Shown here piece by piece: positions 54,986 to 62,197 of a stretch of 62,197 bases of DNA. The notes under the pieces are model-generated. The model saw only the letters and a program-made list of their open reading frames with translations. It had not been told where the DNA came from and did no database searches. The stretch is taken from contig CAYTYR010000014.1 of NCBI GenBank assembly GCA_964441745.1, forward strand, positions 1 to 62,197, given 5' to 3'. How positions within the stretch are numbered: position 1 is the first letter of the stretch; every line of letters begins with the position of its first letter. This DNA comes from an uncultured Clostridia bacterium. GTDB taxonomy: Bacteria > CAYTYR01 > UBA6262. The position numbers were made by a program, and so were the translations under genes.

Positions 54986-55945
54986 TTATAGATACGAATT
55001 GTTTTTCAGGTACTGCGCGTAATCTTTAACACTGTCTTCCAGGGAGCGGCATTGGTATTTATTATGTTTTTGCAGCTGGCCCATCTGCGCCTGGGTAAAA
55101 TACTGGTATTTGCCTCTTAAGATCTCTGGCATCTCGATATATTCGATCTTTCCTGGTATGCCCAGAGCGCTGAACAAAGCCCGGGCTAAATCATTCCAAC
55201 TGCGCGCTTCTCCGGTACCCATATTAAAAATCCCGGTTTTAGACGGATGAGTAAAAAGATAGTACATCATTTCAACGACATCTTTAATATAGACAAAATC
55301 CCTCTTCTGCTCTCCATCCGGCATGTCACCGCGATAAGACTTGAAGAGTTTCATTACTCCGGTTTCCTGCACTGCCTGGAATCTCTTGCAAACCAGGCTC
55401 ATCATTTCGCCCTTATGGTATTCATTAGGGCCGAAGACATTAAAGAACTTGATCCCGGTTACTTTTTTCTCCAGCTGATGCTGATAGACCCAGAGGTCAA
55501 ACAACTGTTTGGAATACCCGTATATGTTCAGCGGCTGCAATTTAAAAGTCGTCGCTGGGTCATCCTGATAGCCAAATTCGCCGCGGCCATAGGTCGCCGC
55601 GCTGGAAGCATATAAAAAATCAGCTTTGTGGCTTATGGCCCACAAAGCTATTTTTTTTGAATATTCATAGTTATTGCTCATAAAATAGTCAGCATCCTGG
55701 AGGGTGGTTGAACTACACGCTCCCAGGTGCACTACTTTTTTCGGTTTAGGCGCCTTATTCGACTCGATCAGGGACAGGAACTTGTCTTTATGGATATAAT
55801 CAATAAAGTGTTTTCCCGCCAGATTGCGCCATTTTTCGGTAGCGGAGAGATTATCTACGACCAGAATATCCTTAATGCCCAGCTGGTTCAATTTCCAAAG
55901 GAAGCCGCTCCCAATGAATCCAGCCCCACCTGTTAATACGATCAT
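54986..55945 (-). CDS. hldD: ADP-L-glycero-D-manno-heptose 6-epimerase
   Basis: TGGAGFIGS, HLGACSST, YGYSK, NEYHKGEM, YQYFTQA motifs. Confidence 0.95.
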   Translation of the reverse strand: MIVLTGGAGFIGSGFLWKLNQLGIKDILVVDNLSATEKWRNLAGKHFIDYIHKDKFLSLIESNKAPKPKKVVHLGACSSTTLQDADYFMSNNYEYSKKIALWAISHKADFLYASSAATYGRGEFGYQDDPATTFKLQPLNIYGYSKQLFDLWVYQHQLEKKVTGIKFFNVFGPNEYHKGEMMSLVCKRFQAVQETGVMKLFKSYRGDMPDGEQKRDFVYIKDVVEMMYYLFTHPSKTGIFNMGTGEARSWNDLARALFSALGIPGKIEYIEMPEILRGKYQYFTQAQMGQLQKHNKYQCRSLEDSVKDYAQYLKNNSYL

Positions 55946-56017
55946 CTAACCCTCTTTTATAACTATATTCTTAAAAGTTTAAGATAGCACAAAATTGCCA
56001 AAAATACTATCGATATT

Positions 56018-56776
56018 TCAGTTCTTTTCAATCTTTTCCATGGCCGCGACAATAGAGCCGACAGCTATCTTACTGCGCAGCAATACAGGAATTCTTTCCG
56101 CGTCATCAGTTAAGTATACGAATAAGCGGCCCTTATGCATAAAAATGCCTTCCTCTTTCAACAGTGGCTCGACCATGATCGTCTTAAATTCTCCGGCCGG
56201 GACATTCACTGTCTCCCGGGAGATTACCTTGACCACTAATTCATAGTTTTTCTTGTTATTGCAGATGTTGATCGTGAACTCTTTGCCTGGCTCCAGGATC
56301 CTGAACCTGACCGCATAAAGACTGGCCAGAACATCTACGGTCCCTTTGGGGATATCGACAGTAGCATCAGCATAGATCACCTTGCCGTTCACCTGGTCAA
56401 AGATCATATTCTCCTGCTGGTGGTATTTTCCCTCATTGACATCTTTATAAAAATTTAACGTACTGAATGTTTCGCGGCTGACTATTGATTCTGATATGTC
56501 TTTCACGGGATACATAGAACTGATCCAGCTAGCGCTAGTAGCTTCGGAAACAATGCGGTAGACATCCTGCCCATTCCAGACCTGGGGTTCGATACTCAGG
56601 GAAGCCCGGCCAGCGACGATAAATCCCCACTTGACCTCATACCCTATTTTCTCACCTTTCGCAAAAGGCACTGCCAAGTCCCCGGCCAGGGCCATATCTT
56701 TTACTCCCAGCCAGAAAAGAGCAGCCAAGCCAATTATTAGTATCGCTGTTAATTTGATCTTGATTGTTTTCATCAT
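56018..56776 (-). CDS. DUF3108 family exported protein
   Basis: Signal peptide, GEKIGYEV, VPAGEF, TDDAERIPV, GSIVA motifs. Confidence 0.8.
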   Translation of the reverse strand: MMKTIKIKLTAILIIGLAALFWLGVKDMALAGDLAVPFAKGEKIGYEVKWGFIVAGRASLSIEPQVWNGQDVYRIVSEATSASWISSMYPVKDISESIVSRETFSTLNFYKDVNEGKYHQQENMIFDQVNGKVIYADATVDIPKGTVDVLASLYAVRFRILEPGKEFTINICNNKKNYELVVKVISRETVNVPAGEFKTIMVEPLLKEEGIFMHKGRLFVYLTDDAERIPVLLRSKIAVGSIVAAMEKIEKN

Positions 56777-57378
56777 CCTAATATTTTATTGTACGGGACT
56801 CCGGTATTATACTGCAGACAATACCGGATGATCACATATAGCGCAATCAGCAAAACACCCAGTACAGTGAGATGTTCTTTATTATGTTTAACCTGCTTCC
56901 AGCTGAATTTACTGTAGATATTGGAATTAAAAGGAGTTAATTTCGGGAAAAATATCGGTACATTTTGCTTATACTGCTGAAACTCACTGCCGAATTTTCC
57001 TTCCAGTATCCCCTCTTCATGACGAATAGTATTCAAAAAAACCAAAAAGAAAAAAACCAGGAAGACAACAAACAACGGTAACCGGGAAGTAGCAATACAA
57101 AAACCACAGCCAATCAGGAAACTGCCCAGGTACAAGGGATTGCGGGTATAGCTGAATGGACCATTTATAGCCAGTGATTCGTCCTTATGCAGATACCCAT
57201 TGGCCCAAATACGCAAACCCTCACCCAAAAAAGCGATCTCCAAACCGATTACCAGGTACAATAATGCGCTCGTCGGAGGAACATAACGCGGCGCAGCGGT
57301 AAAGATAAGATAAGCCGCTCCAAACAACCAGCTGAGTAAGATCCGGTGCTTTACGATAAAAGCGCTAATGCTCTGCAT
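56773..57378 (-). CDS. ICMT/PEMT-family membrane methyltransferase
   Basis: LRIWA, GPFSYTRNPLYLGS, EEGIL..FG..Y..VP motifs; ATG at 57378. Confidence 0.85.
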   Translation of the reverse strand: MQSISAFIVKHRILLSWLFGAAYLIFTAAPRYVPPTSALLYLVIGLEIAFLGEGLRIWANGYLHKDESLAINGPFSYTRNPLYLGSFLIGCGFCIATSRLPLFVVFLVFFFLVFLNTIRHEEGILEGKFGSEFQQYKQNVPIFFPKLTPFNSNIYSKFSWKQVKHNKEHLTVLGVLLIALYVIIRYCLQYNTGVPYNKILG

Positions 57379-57380
57379 TT

Positions 57381-57944
57381 TTACCCCTTCCTGCATTTTT
57401 TGATTATAATCCTGATCAAATCCTTGGTAGCATGCTCTTTCCTGTCACCGGCAATAGCCACGCGGCCGCCATAGCTTTGCACTAAAGCTCTTTCCGGCAC
57501 AGAATTGACTGTGTAATCCGTGCCTTTGGCCTGGATCGATGGCTGCAATGCCAGCAACACCCGGTCAACCTGCTTTTCACCGAATAAAACAACATAATCC
57601 ACCGCACTCAGCGAAGCCACTATTTCCGCCCGTGCCTGTTGCTTGATTATGGGCCGGCCGGGATCTTTGATCTCCCGGATCGAGCGGTCATTATTAATCG
57701 CTACAATCAGGATATCACCCAGTTTTTTACTGGCTTCCAGGTAGCGGATATGACCCACATGCAAAAGATCAAAACAGCCGTTAGCCAAAACTACGGTTTT
57801 ACCTTGTAATTTTATTAATTTTACTATCTTTTTTAACTGCTGTAAAGACTTTATTTTACTTTTTGCCTGAAAAAGAACTTTTTCAGGCATTCCCCCGCTT
57901 AGATTTGCCTTAGCAAATCTGGGGGAACAGTTAATTTTGGTCAT
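57381..57944 (-). CDS. rfaE2: Heptose-1-phosphate adenylyltransferase (RfaE domain II/HldC-like)
   Basis: NGCFDLLHVGH, KGTDY motifs; AAGGA SD before ATG 57944. Confidence 0.85.
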   Translation of the reverse strand: MTKINCSPRFAKANLSGGMPEKVLFQAKSKIKSLQQLKKIVKLIKLQGKTVVLANGCFDLLHVGHIRYLEASKKLGDILIVAINNDRSIREIKDPGRPIIKQQARAEIVASLSAVDYVVLFGEKQVDRVLLALQPSIQAKGTDYTVNSVPERALVQSYGGRVAIAGDRKEHATKDLIRIIIKKCRKG

Positions 57945-57965
57945 CTTTTTATCCTTTTCTAGTTA

Positions 57966-58655
57966 CTATTTTAGAGTCTGAAAAAGTTTAAATAGTTCCG
58001 CGAAGGCCTTAAAGATCACTCCTAATTTGGCGCCGGTCGGCTGGCCCGCCAGGCGCGGATAATGATGCACCCCAACCTCGGTGAACCGATATCCTTGCCG
58101 TTTAGCTTTGATCAGCATTTCAGCGCTGGCCACTGCCCCGTCTGAAGTAATACTAATACTATTCATCACTTCCCGGTGGAACATCTTAAACGCGCAGTCA
58201 ATATCCTTGACCCACAGCCGGAAAAACAAGTTGATCGCCGTTTTATAGATAAACGTATTGACCTTGCGGTAGAATTTATCCTGCCGCTTGATCCGGTAGC
58301 CCAGGACCACATCATACTTTTCGATCAGAGGCAGGAACTGGTTAATTTCAGCCAGGTCAAATTGACCATCAGCATCAGTGAAGCAAACAAGATCATACCT
58401 GGCGGCGGCAAACCCTGAGCGCAGGGCAGCGCCATAGCCCTTGTTGCTTTCATGGGTCCAGACCCGCACCCGCTGGTCTTCCTGCGCCAGGGCAGAAGCG
58501 ATCTCCCCGGTTTTGTCTGTACTGCCGTCATCCACGACAATCACTTCAAAAGTATCAGTAAACTGCGCCAAGACCGCGATGGCTTTGGTCACAGTCGTTT
58601 TAATATTGGCTTCTTCGTTATAACAGGGGAAAAATACGCTGATCTCAGGTTTCAT
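57966..58655 (-). CDS. GT2 polyprenol-phosphate glycosyltransferase (DPM1/ArnC-like)
   Basis: PCYNEE, VDDGSTD, NKGYG, DADGQ, DIDCAFK motifs. Confidence 0.9.
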   Translation of the reverse strand: MKPEISVFFPCYNEEANIKTTVTKAIAVLAQFTDTFEVIVVDDGSTDKTGEIASALAQEDQRVRVWTHESNKGYGAALRSGFAAARYDLVCFTDADGQFDLAEINQFLPLIEKYDVVLGYRIKRQDKFYRKVNTFIYKTAINLFFRLWVKDIDCAFKMFHREVMNSISITSDGAVASAEMLIKAKRQGYRFTEVGVHHYPRLAGQPTGAKLGVIFKAFAELFKLFQTLK

Positions 58656-58734
58656 TTGATCCTTTCACTTTTTACAAAAGCAGTTTTGAGTTTTGAATTT
58701 TGAGTTTTGAGTTAAGGATAATTTAATATACTAT

Positions 58735-60861
58735 CTATTTTACGATAATTTTATCATCTTGCAGTTTAATCTCACTGACCACTGTTGTGACTGGCCATTC
58801 CGGCTCCGGCGATAGCATAAATGGTTTTTCCGCTACTCCCCGATACAACCAGCGGGGGATTCTGACCCAGCCTATTTCTAATTTTGCGCACTGCGCATAA
58901 AGCTGATCTTGCTCTTTGACTATTCCGGCTTTAACCCGCAGGTGAAGGCCTTGCCAGTCTCCTTCCACATTCAGCACATTATGCTGGATACTGACCAGTG
59001 GATTCTTAATATTTTTGGCTTTTTTCTGCAACAGCTCAGATAGGTCATGGGCTTTAATGCTAAAAGCAGGATGCATTTCATCCATTGCATACACGATCAA
59101 TTTCCCTTCATCCCACAACAAAGGCAGGTTAAGATCCAGGCCTTTTATTGCTATGTTCACATCAGTGAGCCAGATCTCGCCTATTTTTAATTTCTTAGCG
59201 GTAATGACTACCTGCTCAAAACAGCCTTCCTGGGCCTCTTTCATATTCTTACTCTTGATCTCTAATTTGAGCCCTTCCGCATCTTTTAAATATTCCATCA
59301 CGCTGGCCGTTAGCTTATTTTCCAACACTCTGGCCTCAAACTGGCGCGGGCCAAATGTTTTGGCATTTGTTTCGCGCTTAAACACAAAAAGCCAGGAGTC
59401 ATCAGGTAAGGCAAAACTGCCGATCAAGCGGAACCCGCTATTAATTTTATCCTTTGTTGCAGACAGTATGCGCTCCCTGGCTTCAGGCATGCCTCCCAAA
59501 GTAAAGGCCGGACCAATATCTCCGCTCTTGGTAATAATATAGTCGGCAAATTGCCCCAAATTCCGGCTATAGCCTTTAAATAGGAGAGGCAAATGATGAG
59601 CGTCAGCATAAAACCGCAATGTCTCGCTATGCCAAAAACTATGATTAGCGACCACACTTACGCTGGCCTGATCCTTACTCGTAGATTTGGTTTGGAGAAT
59701 AAGATCGGAGACTGCCTTCTGCTGCCAATTTTCAGGGTGCGGCGGCTGGCAGTAATAGTTGCCAACCTGGCCAAAAGAAGTGACAAAATACTGGGTCAGG
59801 CCAAAGACAACAACCAAAGGAATAAGGACATATTTTATTATGTCCTTCTTAATATTCACCAGCCAGAAACAGGAAATAATGCTGACCGCGGCCAAAAACG
59901 GCAAGGTATATCGTTCATCTTTATTACGGATCAGGGTCAGTATAATATACGGGAGAACGATCCACCAAAAAAGTATTTTATTTTGGCGCTTCCACGTGAG
60001 CAGATAGATCAGGATCCCGAGCACAAATAGCGCCAAAAATACTGGCTGGACCTGCAGTAACAGGTTTTTACCGTAATAGAGCCAGCTGGACAGGGACTGG
60101 ATCACAGGATCGCCTTCATTGGCCCCAATACCGCTGAAGCGAATGCTGTAACGGACAAACTTGATCAGATTATAGCTATACCAGGGCCAAGCCACAATAA
60201 AACTGATCAATAAACTCAATCCGGCATTTTTCAGCATCCTGGGATATTCTTTTCTGGTTCTAATTGCTTTCCATAGTCCATAGAGCGCTGGCCCGAAGAG
60301 AAAAAATCCATAGGTCCATTTCACCAGTACCCCTATGCCGCAGACCAGGCCAAACAACATACTGGGCCAGCTTTTCCTAAAATCCTCACTGCGCAAATAC
60401 AGGTACATACCCAGGGTGACCATACTGGTCAAAGCCAGGTCAATAACAAAAGAATTGGTCATAAAGGCAATATACGGATAAACAGATACTAAAAATGCCG
60501 CCAGTAAGCCGGTCAGTTCATTATAAAGTCTTTTCCCAATACCATAAGTAGCCCACACCAGTATCAGCAGATAGAGCAGGTTCACCAGGCAGGCAGAAGA
60601 AAGTGAATAACCAAAGAGCGCCAGGAAAGGAAGCGTGCTTAAATGATACAATGGCGGGTAATAGCCAGTCACATCCAGCAGGTTACGGCCCAAATTTGTA
60701 TCCGCGTTACGCAAGACATCGCGGTACTGCAGGCAGAGATTCAAATGAGCTGAGGCATCCCAGGAAGGCGGCCTCAGGTCATTTGACAGCCAGAGAACAT
60801 GAGTCAGGACTAGAAACAGTGATAATAATATTAAAAGCCAATGCTCAGATTTTACTTTCAT
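58735..60861 (-). CDS. ArnT/PMT-like GT-C glycosyltransferase with C-terminal LmeA/DUF2993-like domain
   Basis: PSWD..H, YPPLY, LVKW, PWY, KDERY in a multi-TM N-terminus; soluble beta-rich C-terminal ~200 aa. Confidence 0.75.
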   Translation of the reverse strand: MKVKSEHWLLILLSLFLVLTHVLWLSNDLRPPSWDASAHLNLCLQYRDVLRNADTNLGRNLLDVTGYYPPLYHLSTLPFLALFGYSLSSACLVNLLYLLILVWATYGIGKRLYNELTGLLAAFLVSVYPYIAFMTNSFVIDLALTSMVTLGMYLYLRSEDFRKSWPSMLFGLVCGIGVLVKWTYGFFLFGPALYGLWKAIRTRKEYPRMLKNAGLSLLISFIVAWPWYSYNLIKFVRYSIRFSGIGANEGDPVIQSLSSWLYYGKNLLLQVQPVFLALFVLGILIYLLTWKRQNKILFWWIVLPYIILTLIRNKDERYTLPFLAAVSIISCFWLVNIKKDIIKYVLIPLVVVFGLTQYFVTSFGQVGNYYCQPPHPENWQQKAVSDLILQTKSTSKDQASVSVVANHSFWHSETLRFYADAHHLPLLFKGYSRNLGQFADYIITKSGDIGPAFTLGGMPEARERILSATKDKINSGFRLIGSFALPDDSWLFVFKRETNAKTFGPRQFEARVLENKLTASVMEYLKDAEGLKLEIKSKNMKEAQEGCFEQVVITAKKLKIGEIWLTDVNIAIKGLDLNLPLLWDEGKLIVYAMDEMHPAFSIKAHDLSELLQKKAKNIKNPLVSIQHNVLNVEGDWQGLHLRVKAGIVKEQDQLYAQCAKLEIGWVRIPRWLYRGVAEKPFMLSPEPEWPVTTVVSEIKLQDDKIIVK

Positions 60862-61857
60862 TTAAACCTCACCCATTTTTTCTCTTATTTCATTTACCGT
60901 TACTACGGCTGTACCTCTTTTCATGACTACCACTCCGGCGGCATAATTAGCCAGATAGGCAGCTTCCAGCAGGGTGGCATTAGAAGCCAGGGCCAGCGTC
61001 GCGCAGCTGGCAACCGTGTCACCTGCGCCAGTCACATCTACAGCTTCATCACTTCCCACAATATCAATATGGGTAATTTTATTTTTTCCCTCGAATAAGG
61101 TCATACCATTACGGCCCTGGGTGATTAAAACACCCTTCCCTTGTATTTTTTCCAATAATTCCAGCCCAATTTCCTTAATTCCCTGGCCTGAATCAAGACG
61201 CATTCCCATAGCCGGAGCAGCTTCTGTTTCATTAGGAGTGACCAAAGTCGCCCCCACATATTTCATAATGTGGCAGCGTGAATCTACGACCAGAGGTTTA
61301 TGATATTTGTGGACTAAGCCGAGTAAAATATCACGTAATCTTTCCGTAATCAAACCGGCATTATAATCACTAACCAGTACCGCATCCATATCCGGGATAT
61401 GCGCGGTCAATATCCTGATGATCCTGGCTTCGCACTCTTTACTGATTGGCTGGTCTGCTTCTTTATCGATCCTGATCACTTGCTGACGGGCAGTATGATA
61501 GCCGCCGGCCATGATTCTGGTCTTGGTAATAGTATGCTGGTCTAGTTCAGTGATCAAGCGTGAAGTCGGTATTTTCATTTCCCGCATGATCTTAAGCATT
61601 TGTTTGCCGGCATGATCGTGACCGATTACGCCTACTGGGAATACTTTACCTCCCAGGGCATGGATATTATGCACAGAATTAGCTGCCCCTCCCAGAATTA
61701 CCTCCGTGGAATCATACTTTAAGATAAGCACAGGCGCTTCGCGGGAAACGCGGGTAGTTTTGCCGAAGATATACTCATCCGCGATCATATCCCCTAATAC
61801 CATCACCTTTTTATTTTTAAAACTATCCAGTATCTTTATCAGTTTTTCCTTTTCCAC
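60862..61857 (-). CDS. Second RfaE-domain-I-like heptose kinase (PfkB family)
   Basis: RVSREAPV, SDYNAG, TPN, DVTGAGDT motifs; GTG start with AGGAG SD. Confidence 0.88.
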   Translation of the reverse strand: MEKEKLIKILDSFKNKKVMVLGDMIADEYIFGKTTRVSREAPVLILKYDSTEVILGGAANSVHNIHALGGKVFPVGVIGHDHAGKQMLKIMREMKIPTSRLITELDQHTITKTRIMAGGYHTARQQVIRIDKEADQPISKECEARIIRILTAHIPDMDAVLVSDYNAGLITERLRDILLGLVHKYHKPLVVDSRCHIMKYVGATLVTPNETEAAPAMGMRLDSGQGIKEIGLELLEKIQGKGVLITQGRNGMTLFEGKNKITHIDIVGSDEAVDVTGAGDTVASCATLALASNATLLEAAYLANYAAGVVVMKRGTAVVTVNEIREKMGEV

Positions 61858-61876
61858 GACATCTCCTTTGTCTATT

Positions 61877-62097
61877 ATCAGTGAACTGGTTATTTTTGTT
61901 CGCTCCGGTGTCGGTTTTCATGTCCGCCATTGGCGGACCTGCGCCAAAGGTCTTTTGACAACTCGGTGCCTGCGCAACTCGCCCCCTGGGCTCAAACATG
62001 CTCGGCATCCAGCAACCAACAGATACCCTCGTTGTCTATAAGCGTGCTTTGGCTAAAACACGACAAGCTCGCTCAAAAAACAACCAAGTTCCCTGAT
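61877..62097. other. 221-bp structured element with terminal inverted repeats (MITE or ncRNA)
   Basis: Ends ATCAGTGAACTGGTTATTTTTG / CAAAAAACAACCAAGTTCCCTGAT pair; several internal hairpins. Confidence 0.55.
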
Positions 62098-62197
62098 GTT
62101 ACTTAGTTATAATTTAGAATATCAAGAATGATAGGCATTTGTATTTTTATGCCGGAAATGCACAAAGATCCGGCCATAATTATCCGCGTCTTTCTCT

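Noticed and set aside
61823..62041. Short ORFs across the structured element (61823-62008 minus, 61706-62041 plus)
   Set aside because: They overlap the kinase gene, have no motifs, and are better explained as chance frames in a palindromic element.
62103..62197. 3' end of an upstream minus-strand CDS
   Set aside because: Two frames are open to the window edge (stops near 62122 and 62103); the coding frame cannot be determined.

Overview
62 kb of mostly housekeeping DNA from an LPS-producing (diderm) bacterium. Every credible gene is on the minus strand. In transcription order (right to left): ADP-heptose/Kdo/LPS genes (two heptose kinases, a GT-C/LmeA-like fusion, GT2, HldC-type adenylyltransferase, ICMT-like methyltransferase, DUF3108, hldD, kdsB, pyrG, kdsA, kdsD); an AT-rich insert (PD-(D/E)XK protein plus MNT-HEPN pair); kdsC-lptCAB-hpf-ptsN-hprK-rapZ with no rpoN; a mannose-class PTS interrupted by a GH57 enzyme, then HPr, EI and PGI/PMI; lepA-lepB-NfeD-SPFH-hemW; an orphan PWWDK-repeat secreted protein; CIRCE-hrcA-grpE-dnaK-dnaJ; rpsU-Nif3-dnaG-rpoD; tRNA-Ile2 and tRNA-Val; a zinc-ribbon protein, RNase HI and rnpB; a frameshifted lipoprotein gene between direct repeats; and the dcw cluster mraZ to ftsQ. 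The most unusual layer is non-coding. Many intergenic spacers hold one of several families of 6-7-nt-periodic inverted-repeat hairpins or bulged REP-like palindromes. Some appear to supply stop codons or sit in-frame inside a CDS. A 221-bp structured element with terminal inverted repeats lies at the right end. All calls come from motif recognition by eye; no searches were run.
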